Origin: an uncultured Actinomycetes bacterium
GTDB lineage: Bacteria; Actinomycetota; Thermoleophilia; Gaiellales; JAICJC01
Length of the DNA: 64,000 bases
Direction of reading: 5' to 3'
NCBI GenBank assembly: GCA_963718315.1
Contig: CAVQZC010000006.1
Span: 54,059 to 118,058, forward strand
The position numbers and the translations under genes are program-made. This document shows, in pieces, positions 20,184 to 39,775 of this stretch. The notes below the pieces were generated by a model. It was not told the origin of the DNA and did not search any database. It saw only the letters and a program-made list of their open reading frames with translations. The first letter of the stretch is position 1. Every line of letters starts with the position of its first letter.

Positions 20184-20905
20184 TCGCAACCTGTGCGATC
20201 GACCTGCGCAGTGGGCGCACGGTCGGGCGCAACGCCGATGCGGTGGTGCCTGCGGCGAGCACCGTCAAGCCGCTGATCTCGATCGCGCTCTGGCGGGCCA
20301 TCGAGGCAGGGACCGTCGATCCACGCCTGCGGATCCCAGCCGGGGAGCTGCCCGTGCCCGGTGGCGGCGGGCTGGCGGAGAGCCTGGACGCCGGCACCGA
20401 GCTGTGCCCGGCTGACCTCGACCTGCTGATGCTCGCGGTTTCGGACAACGCGGCCACCAACGCCCTGCTCGACATGCTCGGCTTCGATGCCGTGAACGCC
20501 GAGGCCACTCGACTGGGTCTGGCCGGCACCCGCATCCGCAGGCTGATGGGGGACGAGGCGGCGATTGCAGCCGGGCGCGAGAACACGACGACCGCCGGCG
20601 ACCTGGCGCGGATCGTCGAGACCCTGGCGACCGAGCGGCACCGGCGGACGCTGGCCGCCATGGGCGAGTCGCACCACCGCGACATCATCCCCAGCCTGCT
20701 GCCAGGCGACGGCCTCGTGATCGGTTGCAAGCAGGGCGACCTGCCCGGCCGGGTGCGGCACGACATGGCACTGATCGACGACGGCGAGCGGCCCGTGGCG
20801 CTCGCTGTCTGCTCCGCCCCGCCGGCCGCGGCGATGGGTCTGGCCCAGCTTGCGGCCGCTCTCTACCGCGAGGCGCGAGCAGAACCAGCATTGGCATCTG
20901 GTTGA
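20180..20905 (+). CDS. Serine hydrolase, class A beta-lactamase fold
   Basis: ASTVK (SxxK), SDN and KQG motifs; no signal peptide. Confidence 0.82.
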   Translation: MIATCAIDLRSGRTVGRNADAVVPAASTVKPLISIALWRAIEAGTVDPRLRIPAGELPVPGGGGLAESLDAGTELCPADLDLLMLAVSDNAATNALLDMLGFDAVNAEATRLGLAGTRIRRLMGDEAAIAAGRENTTTAGDLARIVETLATERHRRTLAAMGESHHRDIIPSLLPGDGLVIGCKQGDLPGRVRHDMALIDDGERPVALAVCSAPPAAAMGLAQLAAALYREARAEPALASG

Positions 20906-20984
20906 GCCGCGTTCTAACATCGGCGGCTCGCCAGCGTCATAGCAGGCGGCAAGACATTCAACCCCTAACTCCGGAGGACGGGGA

Positions 20985-22700
20985 ATGTTCGATTCCAAGA
21001 GGCGTCTCTTCGCGCTCGCGCTGGTAGGCAGCGCGGTCGCGTTGGCCTCGGGCTGCGGAAGCAGCGGTAGCAGCGGGTCAAGCAGCGGCGGAGGCGGTAA
21101 TTCCTCCGGCGGCAGCGGGTCCCACATGGGTGGCACGATGAAGCTGCAGGCCACCGGTAACCCTGACTCGCTCGATCCCGCGATCGCCTATGAGGTCGAG
21201 TCCTGGCAGAACCTGATCATGACCAACGATGGCCTGACCGGGTTCAAGCGCGTCGGCGGTCCCGACGGCGCGACGTTGGTTCCCGACCTGGCGACGGCAA
21301 TCCCCCAGGCCACGGATGGCGGCAAGACGTACGTGTTCCACATCCAGCCCAACGTCAAGTTCTCAAACGGTGAGCCTGTTGTCCCCAGTGACTTCAAGCA
21401 CGCCTGGGAGCGCGACTTCCTGGTTGGTTCGCCGGGTACCTGGACGCTGGGCAGCATCGTCGGCGCCAGCAAGTGCACCGCCAAGTCGTGCAACCTGTCG
21501 TCCGGCGTGGTTGCCGACGACTCGGCAATGACGCTGACCGTCCACCTGACGGCTCCGGATCCGGAGTTCCTCGACAAGGTGGCGCTGCCGTTCTCCGACG
21601 CGGTGCCGAAGACCGCGCCGAACAAGGACATCGGCACGACCCCGCTCCCGGCGACCGGTCCGTACATGTTCAAGAGCTACGTCCCCGGTCAGTCCATCAC
21701 CCTGGTGCGGAACCCGATGTTCCACCAGTGGTCGAAGGACGCGCAGCCGCAGGGCTACCCGAACGAGATCGTGTGGCAGCTCGGCCTGCAGGCCGACGCC
21801 GAGGTCACGAACGTCGAGAACGGCAACGCCGACTGGATGTTCGAGCAGCCGCCTCCGGGCCGGCTGAACGAGATCGCGACGCAGTACAAGTCGCAGGTGC
21901 ACATCAACCCGCTGACGGCGACGTACTGGTTCTTCATGAACGTCAACACGCCGCCGTTCAACAACCTGAAGGTGCGTCAGGCCCTCAACTACGCGATCGA
22001 CCGCAACGCCACCGTCAAGCTGTACGGTGGGCCGGCGCTCGCGCAGCCGACGTGCCAGGTGCTGCCGCCCAACTTCCCGGGCTACGAGCAGTACTGCCCG
22101 TACACGGCCAACCCGGCCGCGGGCGGCAAGGGTCCGTGGACCGCTCCCGACATGGCCAAGGCCAAGTCGCTGATCGCGGCGTCGGGCACCAAGGGCCAGA
22201 ACGTGACGGTGTGGTCTGAGACGACCACGCTGTCGAAGTCAGAGGGCGAGTACGTGGTGTCGCTGCTGAACCAGCTGGGCTACCACGCCTCGCTGAAGTC
22301 GCTCGACCGCGGCGTCTACTTCGATACCGTCGACAACTCGTCGAACAAGGCCCAGATCGGCTGGTGGGACTGGTACCAGGACTACCCGGCCGCGTCTGAC
22401 TTCATCAACACGCTGCTGTCCTGCGGGGCGTACATCCCCAACGACGATCACAGCAACAACGCTGCTGAGTTCTGCAACAAGAGCGTTGACTCGACGATCA
22501 AGACGGCGCTGTCGCAGGGTGCGACCAGCACCGCCGCAGCCAACCAGAGCTGGGCCAAGGCCGATCAGATGATCACCGACCAGGCTCCCTGGCTGCCCAT
22601 GTTCAACCCGAAGAACATCGACTTCGTGTCGAAGCGGGTTGGCAACTACCAGTTCAGCCCGCAGTGGCTGTTCCTGCTCGATCAGGCCTGGGTGCAGTAA
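20985..22700 (+). CDS. Peptide ABC transporter substrate-binding lipoprotein (OppA/DppA family)
   Basis: Lipobox LASGC, Ser/Gly linker, SLDPA and VRQALNYAIDR motifs. Confidence 0.92.
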   Translation: MFDSKRRLFALALVGSAVALASGCGSSGSSGSSSGGGGNSSGGSGSHMGGTMKLQATGNPDSLDPAIAYEVESWQNLIMTNDGLTGFKRVGGPDGATLVPDLATAIPQATDGGKTYVFHIQPNVKFSNGEPVVPSDFKHAWERDFLVGSPGTWTLGSIVGASKCTAKSCNLSSGVVADDSAMTLTVHLTAPDPEFLDKVALPFSDAVPKTAPNKDIGTTPLPATGPYMFKSYVPGQSITLVRNPMFHQWSKDAQPQGYPNEIVWQLGLQADAEVTNVENGNADWMFEQPPPGRLNEIATQYKSQVHINPLTATYWFFMNVNTPPFNNLKVRQALNYAIDRNATVKLYGGPALAQPTCQVLPPNFPGYEQYCPYTANPAAGGKGPWTAPDMAKAKSLIAASGTKGQNVTVWSETTTLSKSEGEYVVSLLNQLGYHASLKSLDRGVYFDTVDNSSNKAQIGWWDWYQDYPAASDFINTLLSCGAYIPNDDHSNNAAEFCNKSVDSTIKTALSQGATSTAAANQSWAKADQMITDQAPWLPMFNPKNIDFVSKRVGNYQFSPQWLFLLDQAWVQ

Positions 22701-22724
22701 CCAGGACTGACTAGCTCCGACCGA

Positions 22725-22756
22725 ATGGGGGCCGGGCCTCTGGCCCGGCCCCCATA
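22725..22756 (+). terminator. Strong hairpin after the substrate-binding gene
   Basis: atgggggccgggcc-tct-ggcccggcccccat perfect stem. Confidence 0.65.
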
Positions 22757-22782
22757 GGGTGGTAAGGTGGAAACCTTCCCGC

Positions 22783-23829
22783 GTGGCTGAAGTCGCAACC
22801 GCACCCGAAGCCGGCCAGCTGGCAACTGCCGACTCGCCGCAGATCGCCGGCAAGAGCCCGTGGGGTCTCGCCTGGAGGCGGTTGCGGCGCGACCGGGCGG
22901 CGATCGCGGCGCTGATCGTGTTCGGCCTGATCGTGGTCACGAGCTTCGCCGCACCGCTCTACGCCAACCACATCGCGCACACCGACCCGTTCCAGTCGAA
23001 CGTCGACGGCACCATCACGCAGAACGGCAAGAAGGTTTCGGTGCTGCAGACCAACGCGTTGGGGATCGGCGTCACGCCAATCGGCCCGACCTGGCACTCG
23101 CAGTATTTCCTCGGCGCCGACAGCCAGGGCCGTGACGTCATGGCCCGCCTGCTCTACGGCGGCCGGGCCTCACTCCTGATCGGCATCGGGTCGGCGCTCA
23201 TCGCCTGTCTGCTGGCCGCGATCGTCGGGCTGGTGGCGGGCTTCTTCGGGGGGTTCATCGACTCCATCCTGTCGCGGCTGATGGACGTGATCTGGGCGTT
23301 CCCCGTCTACCTGCTCGCGATCTGCATCTCGACGGTGCTGCTCGTCAAAGGCCTCCAGGTCGGCCCCATCGGCGTGAACCCGAATAGCCTCTGGCTGCCG
23401 ACGATCATCATCGGCGTGGTCTACGTCCCGTACGTGGCGCGGCCGATCCGCGGGCAGGTGCTCTCCGTCCGCGAGAAGGAGTACGTCGAGGCGGCCATCG
23501 CACAGGGTGCCTCGAACCTCCGGCTGATCTTCTCGGACGTGTTGCCCAACGTGGTGACGGTCGTCATCGTCCTCCTGCCGCTGATGATCGCCAACACGAT
23601 CCTGACGGAGGCGGCGCTCTCGTTCCTGTCCATCGGCGTCCGCCCGCCCAATGCGAGCTGGGGCACGATCATCGGCGACGGCCAGGAGCTGCTGTACGTG
23701 CGCCCATGGGTGTCGATCGCCCCCGGCATCATGATCCTGCTCACGGTGCTGTCGCTGAACGTGCTTGGTGACGGTGTGCGGGATGCTCTCGACCCGCGGG
23801 CCAAGCTCCGCGTAGAGGCAGACAACTGA
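22783..23829 (+). CDS. Peptide ABC permease (OppC/DppC type); start uncertain
   Basis: LGADSQGRDVMARLLYGGR and EAALSFL motifs. Confidence 0.92.
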   Translation: MAEVATAPEAGQLATADSPQIAGKSPWGLAWRRLRRDRAAIAALIVFGLIVVTSFAAPLYANHIAHTDPFQSNVDGTITQNGKKVSVLQTNALGIGVTPIGPTWHSQYFLGADSQGRDVMARLLYGGRASLLIGIGSALIACLLAAIVGLVAGFFGGFIDSILSRLMDVIWAFPVYLLAICISTVLLVKGLQVGPIGVNPNSLWLPTIIIGVVYVPYVARPIRGQVLSVREKEYVEAAIAQGASNLRLIFSDVLPNVVTVVIVLLPLMIANTILTEAALSFLSIGVRPPNASWGTIIGDGQELLYVRPWVSIAPGIMILLTVLSLNVLGDGVRDALDPRAKLRVEADN

Positions 23830-24056
23830 GAGACCAGACCCCCATCCCACGCGGGCCTGGCCGCCGCAGCGGGTCGCGTGCGGCGCGGACTGTGGGGGTG
23901 GCTGTGCCTGCGAACCGGCGCCTCGCTGTGAGCTGCGTCCTTGCGAGGCTTGCTTTCGCGGTCTGCTTGGATAGCAGACCGCTCCAGACCGGCGTCAAGC
24001 GTCCCGCTGGACGCCTTCGCCACCCAGGACCCAACGCGGGATGGGGGTCTGGCCTC
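23830..24056 (+). repeat. Fold-back intergenic element A
   Basis: Perfect 15-bp inverted repeat ccagacccccatccc (23834-23848) / gggatgggggtctgg (24038-24052); internal hairpin gcggtctgct-tggat-agcagaccgc. Confidence 0.8.
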
Positions 24057-24058
24057 TA

Positions 24059-25030
24059 ATGCTGGCCTTTATCGTCCGCCGCACGCTGTGGATGCTGATG
24101 GTCATGTTCGCCATCAGCCTCCTGGTGTTCCTGATCTTCTTCCACACGCCGGGGATCGACCCCGCGCGCCAGATGGCCGGCCGAAACCCGACGCCGCAGA
24201 CGATCGCCGCCATCAAGCAGGAGTTCGGGCTCAACAAGCCCCTGCCCGAGCAGTACGTGCTGATGATGAACCACCTGTTCGTCTCTCGCGATCTGGTCTC
24301 CTATACCAATCGCGGGCTGAAGGTCTTGCCGCAGATCGAAGCGGCGGCGCCGGTCACCTTCTCACTGGTTCTGGGCGCCGCGGTGCTGTGGATCTTCGGC
24401 AGCATCATCATCGGGGTCTCCGCGGCGGTGCTCCGCGGCACGATCTGGGACCCCCTGCTGATGGTGGTCGCGCTGATCGGAATTTCGGCCCCGGTGTTCT
24501 GGGTGGGCGAGGTCGCAAACATGCTGACCCAGAGCAAGTTCCACAGCAGCCCGTTGTTCTCGTGGGTGCCGCCGCTCGGCTACACATCGTTTTCGTCCGA
24601 CCCGGCGATGTGGGCGAAGCACCTGATCATCCCCTGGATCACGCTGGCGATCCTGTACATCGGCTTCTACGGCCGGGTGCTGCGCTCGAGCCTGATCGAA
24701 AGCCAGAGCGAGGACTACATCCGCACCGCGCGTGCGAAGGGACTGTCGGAGCGGCGGGTGCTGTTCCGGCACTCGCTGCGCACCTCGATGATCACGTTCA
24801 TCAGCCTCTTCGGCCTCGACTTCGGCGCGCTGGTCGGTGGCGGGGCCCTGCTCACCGAGGTCGTGTTCGGCCTTCCCGGGGTCGGCTACCTCACGTATAA
24901 CTCGCTCTCCAACCTCGACCTCCCCGTGATCATGGGAACCGTCGTCTACGGCGCCTTCTTCATCGTGCTGGCCAACGCCCTGGTGGATGTTGGCTACGCG
25001 TTCCTCGATCCTCGCATCCGGCCGACCTGA
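24059..25030 (+). CDS. Peptide ABC permease (OppB/DppB type)
   Basis: MLAFIVRR start and DYIRTARAKGL motif. Confidence 0.92.
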   Translation: MLAFIVRRTLWMLMVMFAISLLVFLIFFHTPGIDPARQMAGRNPTPQTIAAIKQEFGLNKPLPEQYVLMMNHLFVSRDLVSYTNRGLKVLPQIEAAAPVTFSLVLGAAVLWIFGSIIIGVSAAVLRGTIWDPLLMVVALIGISAPVFWVGEVANMLTQSKFHSSPLFSWVPPLGYTSFSSDPAMWAKHLIIPWITLAILYIGFYGRVLRSSLIESQSEDYIRTARAKGLSERRVLFRHSLRTSMITFISLFGLDFGALVGGGALLTEVVFGLPGVGYLTYNSLSNLDLPVIMGTVVYGAFFIVLANALVDVGYAFLDPRIRPT

Positions 25031-25046
25031 TCCAGACACCGACCCC

Positions 25047-26083
<1,037 letters not shown>

Positions 26084-26087
<4 letters not shown>

Positions 26088-27143
26088 GCGACCTGGTCGT
26101 CGAGGACGGCACCCGCACGCAGCCGGTCGCGGTGGGCTCTCCCCTGCTGGTGGCCCGCGAGCGTGAAGAAGTACTTCCCGATCAAGCAGGGGATCATCTT
26201 CCAGCGCGAGGTGGCCCGCGTCCACGCCGTGGACGGCGTCAGCTTCGAGGTTCTGGAGGGCGAGACGCTCGGCCTGGTCGGCGAGTCGGGGTGCGGCAAG
26301 TCGACGCTGGGCCGGTGCCTGCTGCGGCTGTACGAGATCACCGACGGCACCATCGAGTTCGCGGGCACGGACATCACCCGGCTCTCCCGCCGCCAGCTGC
26401 GCCCGCTGCGTCGCCAGATGCAGATGGTCTTCCAGGACCCCTACGCGTCGCTCAACCCGCGCAAGCGCGTCGGCCAGATCATCGGCGACCCGCTGAAGAT
26501 CCACAAGATGGGCAACCGCGGGTCGATCAAGTCGCAGGTGCAGGAGCTGCTCAGCCTGGTCGGACTCAACCCCGAGCACTACAACCGCTATCCGCACGAG
26601 TTCTCCGGCGGCCAGCGGCAGCGCATCGGCGTGGCCCGCGCGCTTGCGCTGCATCCGCGGCTGATCATCGCCGACGAGCCGGTCTCCGCCCTCGACGTGT
26701 CGATCCAGGCGCAGGTGGTCAACCTGCTGGACGACCTCCAGGACGAGCTCCAGCTGACCTACCTCTTCATCGCCCACGACCTGTCCGTCGTGCGCCACGT
26801 GTCCGACCGGATCGCCGTCATGTACCTGGGCAAGATCGTCGAGGTGTCGCCGGCCGAGGATCTGTACTCGAGGCCGGTGCATCCCTACACCGAGGCGCTG
26901 CTCTCGGCCGTACCGATCCCCGACCCGGACGCCTCCTCCCAGCGGGAGCGGATCGTGCTCGAGGGCGACGTCCCCAGCCCGGTTGCCCCGCCGTCCGGCT
27001 GCCGCTTCCATCCGCGCTGCCGGTACGCGACCGAGATCTGCTCCGCCGAGGAGCCGCCCCTGGTCGCCTACGGCACGGGCCACATCGCCGCCTGCCACCA
27101 CCCGCTGAACGTCGAGGAGACGCCGGCAGCGGTGTTCTCGTAG
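26084..27143 (+). CDS. Peptide ABC ATPase (OppF type); probable indel near 26160
   Basis: GESGCGKS and FSGGQRQR motifs; the N-terminal MSDLVV...PLLVA segment is in another frame. Confidence 0.9.
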
Positions 27144-27291
27144 ATCGTTGGTTCCAAATAGGCGTGGTGGCTGGGCGAGTGCGAACCCCAGGTGACGGTT
27201 CGCGCCGCAGCGAGGCCGGCTGATCGCGGGCGAAGCCCGCACTCAGTCGGAACTCGCGACCAGGCGCGCGCGGATTTGGAAGCACCGATCT
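27142..27291 (+). repeat. Fold-back intergenic element B
   Basis: Terminal inverted repeat agatcgttggttccaaat / atttggaagcaccgatct with two internal arms; homologous to element C. Confidence 0.8.
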
Positions 27292-27316
27292 CTCTGCTCG
27301 GGGGCTCGCTTTTCAC

Positions 27317-27344
27317 TTGACCGGAGCACCTCCTTCGGTATAGT
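27317..27344 (+). promoter_or_regulatory. Housekeeping-sigma promoter of rpoBC
   Basis: TTGACC-N16-TATAGT. Confidence 0.7.
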
Positions 27345-27500
27345 GGGCGGAGGCACACCGGTGCGGAAGATCATCCCGCAGCCGGTGTTAGCCAGACCTG
27401 TTTGCGTGGAACCAGGAGCCCTGATAGGCTTCCCCGTTGCGCCGTTGGTCCGGATCTACGCATCATTTCTCTCCTCATAGCCCCGCGGGAGGCGTTAGCT

Positions 27501-31124
<3,624 letters not shown>

Positions 31125-31198
31125 CGACCTCCGCCATCCCCTGCCAAATGACGATCGGTGGCGGCCGACGGGCCGCCGCCAAGTGAGGAGCCATCACG

Positions 31199-35704
<4,506 letters not shown>

Positions 35705-35724
35705 CACCGAAGCACGTCGTGTTC

Positions 35725-35760
35725 GCGGCCCCGCCCTGGGACAACCCAGGGCGGGGCCGC
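35725..35760 (+). terminator. Hairpin terminator after rpoC
   Basis: gcggccccgccctggg-acaa-cccagggcggggccgc 16-bp perfect stem. Confidence 0.8.
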
Positions 35761-35800
35761 AGCGTTTCTCGGGCCTGCGGCGCCGCTAGGATCCGCGGTC

Positions 35801-36325
35801 GTGAACGGCGACGGTGACGACGACGACGACCCCCGACCGCTCGTTGCCTGCATGCCGCAGGTTGCCCTTCGGCCGGTAGAGGTTGGGGACTTCGACGCGA
35901 TCTTCGAGCAGATGCGCGACCCGGAGTCGGTACGGATGGCGGCGTTCACGGCTCGGGACCCGAACGACCGAAGCGCCTTCGACGCCCACATGGCGAGGAT
36001 CATGTCGTCCTCCGAGAACAGGCTTCGGGCGATCGTCAGCGATTCTCGGGTCGTCGGCACCGTCGGCAGCTACGTCTCGGAGGGAGCGACCGAGGTGACC
36101 TACTGGGTGGATCGCTCCTGCTGGGGGCAAGGGATCGCAACGCGGGCCCTCATGCTGCACCTGGAGGAGATCTCGGTGCGGCCGGTCCGCGCCCGTGCCG
36201 CGAGCGACAACGCCGCGTCGCTCCGAGTCCTCGAGAAGGTGGGCTTCCGCCCGATCGGCACCGAAGTGGCCTTTGCCACCGCACGGGCCGCCGAGATCGA
36301 CGAGACCATCCTCGAGCTGTCTTGA
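35801..36325 (+). CDS. GNAT (RimJ/RimL-like) acetyltransferase; alternative start 35852
   Basis: YWVDRSCWGQGIAT and DNAASLRVLEKVGF motifs. Confidence 0.88.
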   Translation: MNGDGDDDDDPRPLVACMPQVALRPVEVGDFDAIFEQMRDPESVRMAAFTARDPNDRSAFDAHMARIMSSSENRLRAIVSDSRVVGTVGSYVSEGATEVTYWVDRSCWGQGIATRALMLHLEEISVRPVRARAASDNAASLRVLEKVGFRPIGTEVAFATARAAEIDETILELS

Positions 36326-36374
36326 GCACCGAGACCGCCGCTGTCCGAAACAGGCGCGCCGTATGATCGTCAGC

Positions 36375-36683
36375 GTGATTGCGTCCGGCCGCATCTCCGC
36401 GAAGCGGGTCTGGAAACGGCTCGGGATCGCCCCAGACGAGTGCATTGCCTTCGGCGTGGTGCCGATCGCGTGTGCCACCCTGGGGCCGACGGTGATCCGG
36501 TGGACATGGCCCTCAGTGGTGTTCGCGCTGCTGCTGATCTGCGCCTGCACTGCCGGTGTCGTGGCCCGGCGGCGTGGCTACTCGCTTCCGCGAACCGCGT
36601 GGTTTGCGTTCGTCGGGATCCTCGCGCTCTTCGGGTGGGGCGTCTTCCTCGACTGGGTGGGCGCGATCCTTGCGGGCGCCTAG
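36375..36683 (+). CDS. Small hypothetical membrane protein
   Basis: About three hydrophobic segments; TATGAT 7 nt before the GTG. Confidence 0.5.
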   Translation: MIASGRISAKRVWKRLGIAPDECIAFGVVPIACATLGPTVIRWTWPSVVFALLLICACTAGVVARRRGYSLPRTAWFAFVGILALFGWGVFLDWVGAILAGA

Positions 36684-36687
36684 GCGA

Positions 36688-36895
36688 GATGATTGATCCC
36701 GCGGCGGCGCGGGTTCTGGCCACTCGCCGTCTGAGAGCGGCTTCGCCGCTGTCAGGCGACTCGCTGCGGCTGCGAACCGCCGCCTGAGTTCGTCCACGGG
36801 GAGCGCCCGTGCCACCAGCACGAACACTCCCTGCGGCCTGCTCAGGCGACGGTTCTCAGTCGCCCAGCCCACATACCGCCGAGGAATCAATCATC
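36688..36895 (-). repeat. Fold-back intergenic element C
   Basis: Terminal inverted repeat gatgattgat / atcaatcatc extended by imperfect pairing; internal arms shared with element B. Confidence 0.8.
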
Positions 36896-38783
36896 AGGCC
36901 ATCCGGGCGAAGAGCAGCAGCCCGAGCGCCGTGTAGTCGTCGGTCGGCTCGACGCTGGGCCACGAGATGACGTTGTCGAGATAGCGGTCGCCATGCCCGT
37001 CGTACGGCTTGAACGGGTTGCCGGGCACGACCGGGCAATGCAGCGCCTTCGCGGGGATGCCCAGGCCGCTGAAATCGCCTTTCGGCTCCGGCCCGTCGAC
37101 CGTCGCGCCCAGCATCAGCGGCGCCTTCCCGTCGAGCGATCCTGAGAGGTTGGCGACCTGGCTCTGCATACAGTCGGGGAAGGTGCTGCCGGCGCCGACG
37201 ATGAACGACGAGCCCCAGGCGTTGTCGCCCAGCACCCAGTCCAGCTGCTGCTGACCGAAGTCCGCGTAGGCGGCGGAGCCAGTTAGCTGCTGGTAGAGGC
37301 TGGCGGTGACGGCGTAGCCGAGGGCGTGGGGCGTCGAGTCGCCGCCGCCGTAGCCCATCCCGAACCGGAAGGGATCGGTGTCGGCGCGCGACTGGCCGGC
37401 GGCGAGCTGGGCCGCCATGCCGGACTCCAGCCGGCCGCGCGTGACCTCCAGGCGCACGGGGCGCGGCGCTGCCGCGATCGCCCCGGCCAGCTCGAAGTCG
37501 CCCAGCGCGCTGACGTCGTAGAGGTTCAGCGAATCGGTGCCGTTGAGGCCGCTGCTCAGGTACTTCGCCGCCCAGTGGCCGGCCTGGCGGAGGTAGGTCG
37601 CGGGGTTGCTGACCGGGAGCCCCGCCGGCGCGTCGCCCAGCTCGAGCGCCTTTGCCAGCTCGGCCGCCCCCAGCTCCATGTCGGACCGCCATTCGGTCTC
37701 GGGGTAGTAGCCGTGCGGCGAAGCGGTCAGCAGCTGGCCGACCGGCGGGTTGGTGCGTGCGAGTGCGAGCACATGCTCCCCGGCCAGCAGGCAGCGGTCG
37801 GCATAGGCGGAATCGGAGACGTGCCAGACCTGGTAGCAGAGCCCGAAGTCGGCGGCCAGCCTGCCGGCCAGGTTCGGGCTGACCGGGGCGCCCGGCGGTC
37901 CGGCTCGGAACACCGGGCGGTACTTGAGGTAGTACTCGGGGTCGCCGGGCGACACGTCGAGGGCGTCGTCTGCCTGGGGCAGCCGCCAGACGTCGTGGTC
38001 GGAGACGATGCCCTTGCCGCCGTTCCCGATCCCGACCTGGTAGTACAGCGTCTGGGTCTGGTCGTCCCACATCTTCTGCAGCCAGTCGGTGCCGTAGCGC
38101 GACTCGTCCTCGGCGACGCCGTTGTCACGGGCGGCCATCAGCAGCACCGCGTCGGTGTAGCTCGCCGTCTCGACGAACTTGAGGTAGTCGCCGGCGTCGA
38201 ACCAGCCGCCCTCGGCGTCGACCGGCGGTCCCCCGACCGGCGTCAGTCCGCCCTGCAGCCGGCCGAACCGGTAGTCCGGCGGCAGGTAGGCGGTCGCGCT
38301 GGCGTCCGTCAGGTGCGATGGCTGCCGGTCGAGCACGCTGGGGTCGACCCCAGCGCCGTCGCGCTGGGCCAGGTAGAACCGGAGGGCGTTTCTGGCCAGC
38401 GGCGCGTACAGCGTGTGGCCGGTGGCGACCCGGAACAGCGGCGAGGCTGCGTAGACCGAGCTGCCCACCAGCACCCGGTAGGTTCCCGCCCCGGTCAGCC
38501 CCGCCAGGGAGATGTCGTACTCGTAGGGAAAGTTCGCGTTCCAGGCGGGGAGCGCGGTACCCAGCCTGCCCGTCAGCACCGTGTCGCCCTGGATGTCGGC
38601 GACGCGCCAGGGCATTCCGCCGGCCGCCACCGGCGACATCACGACCGCTCGCTTGGGCGCGGCGACAGTGAAGCCGACCTGGTTCACCCGCACCAGCATC
38701 CCCACCGTCGAGGCCGCCTGGGCAGCGCCGCCAAACGGCGTTAGCGCGAGCAGCAGGCAGATGGGCAGGAACCGTCGAAACAC
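36894..38783 (-). CDS. Secreted glycoside hydrolase family 9 with N-terminal Ig-like domain
   Basis: Signal peptide, [33 protein letters not shown] and C-terminal EPTDDY motifs. Confidence 0.88.
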   Translation of the reverse strand: MFRRFLPICLLLALTPFGGAAQAASTVGMLVRVNQVGFTVAAPKRAVVMSPVAAGGMPWRVADIQGDTVLTGRLGTALPAWNANFPYEYDISLAGLTGAGTYRVLVGSSVYAASPLFRVATGHTLYAPLARNALRFYLAQRDGAGVDPSVLDRQPSHLTDASATAYLPPDYRFGRLQGGLTPVGGPPVDAEGGWFDAGDYLKFVETASYTDAVLLMAARDNGVAEDESRYGTDWLQKMWDDQTQTLYYQVGIGNGGKGIVSDHDVWRLPQADDALDVSPGDPEYYLKYRPVFRAGPPGAPVSPNLAGRLAADFGLCYQVWHVSDSAYADRCLLAGEHVLALARTNPPVGQLLTASPHGYYPETEWRSDMELGAAELAKALELGDAPAGLPVSNPATYLRQAGHWAAKYLSSGLNGTDSLNLYDVSALGDFELAGAIAAAPRPVRLEVTRGRLESGMAAQLAAGQSRADTDPFRFGMGYGGGDSTPHALGYAVTASLYQQLTGSAAYADFGQQQLDWVLGDNAWGSSFIVGAGSTFPDCMQSQVANLSGSLDGKAPLMLGATVDGPEPKGDFSGLGIPAKALHCPVVPGNPFKPYDGHGDRYLDNVISWPSVEPTDDYTALGLLLFARMA

Positions 38784-38925
38784 GTGTCTACGATACGCCA
38801 GGTTCCTGTTCCGAACAGACCCTTCGGGCGTGCTCTCAGGCGGCCTTGCGTGTGCTAGAGTTCGCGGTCGCGGCCCATTCGGGCTGCGTTTTTCTTGCCT
38901 TCAAACGAGAGAGTTTCCCCCCTCT

Positions 38926-39300
38926 ATGCCGACCATTAATCAGCTGGTGCGAAAGCCACGCCGTCAGGTCTCGTCGAACACGAAGACCCCGGCGCTGCGC
39001 GGCGCTCCCCAGAAGCGTGGGGTGTGTACCCGTGTGTACACCGTCACGCCCAAGAAGCCGAACTCGGCGCTGCGCAAGGTCGCCCGCGTCCGGCTGACCA
39101 ACGGCATGGAGGTCACGGCATACATCCCGGGCGTCGGGCACAACCTGCAGGAGCATTCCGTTGTGCTGATCCGCGGCGGCCGCGTCAAGGACCTGCCGGG
39201 TGTCCGCTACAAGATCGTGCGGGCAGCGCTCGACACGTCAGGCGTCAACGACCGCAAGCAGGGCCGCTCGAAGTACGGCGCCAAGAGGTCGGGTGCCTGA
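38926..39300 (+). CDS. rpsL: 30S ribosomal protein S12
   Basis: [10 protein letters not shown] and [10 protein letters not shown] motifs. Confidence 0.99.
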   Translation: MPTINQLVRKPRRQVSSNTKTPALRGAPQKRGVCTRVYTVTPKKPNSALRKVARVRLTNGMEVTAYIPGVGHNLQEHSVVLIRGGRVKDLPGVRYKIVRAALDTSGVNDRKQGRSKYGAKRSGA

Positions 39301-39770
39301 TGCCGCGGCGAGCTGAGATCACCCCGCGCACGCTGCTGCGCGACCCCGTCTACGACTCCGCACTGGTCACCCAGGTGGTGAACCGCGTGATGGTCGACGG
39401 CAAGAAGTCGGCCGCCGAGCGGATCGTCTACCAGGCCCTGGAGTCGGTCGGCCAGAAGACCGGCCAGAGCCCGGTCGAGGTGCTGGAGCGCGCGATCAAG
39501 ACCGTGACTCCGGTGCTCGAGGTGCGCTCGCGGCGCGTCGGCGGCGCCAACTACCAGGTTCCCATCGAGGTTCCGCAGCGCCGTGCCCGCACGCTCGCCG
39601 TGCGCTGGCTCGTCACCTTCTCCCGCCAGCGGCGCGAGAAGGAGATGTTCGAGAAGCTGGCCGGCGAGATCCTGGACGCGACCAACCAGCAGGGCGGCGC
39701 GTACAAGCGCAAGGACGACATCTACCGGATGGCGCAGGCCAACAAGGCCTTCGCGCACTACCGCTGGTAA
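39300..39770 (+). CDS. rpsG: 30S ribosomal protein S7
   Basis: MPRR start, [11 protein letters not shown] and [10 protein letters not shown] motifs. Confidence 0.99.
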   Translation: MPRRAEITPRTLLRDPVYDSALVTQVVNRVMVDGKKSAAERIVYQALESVGQKTGQSPVEVLERAIKTVTPVLEVRSRRVGGANYQVPIEVPQRRARTLAVRWLVTFSRQRREKEMFEKLAGEILDATNQQGGAYKRKDDIYRMAQANKAFAHYRW

Positions 39771-39775
39771 TCGCC

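Noticed and set aside
20180-20905. Beta-lactam resistance gene
   Set aside because: No signal peptide, a KQG instead of KTG motif, and operon context with NlpC/P60 and Opp favour a cytoplasmic peptidase.
27215-27250. Hammerhead ribozyme in elements B/C (CTGA...GAA)
   Set aside because: The CUGANGA and GAAA core is incomplete, and the CTGA pairs with TCAG in a stem.
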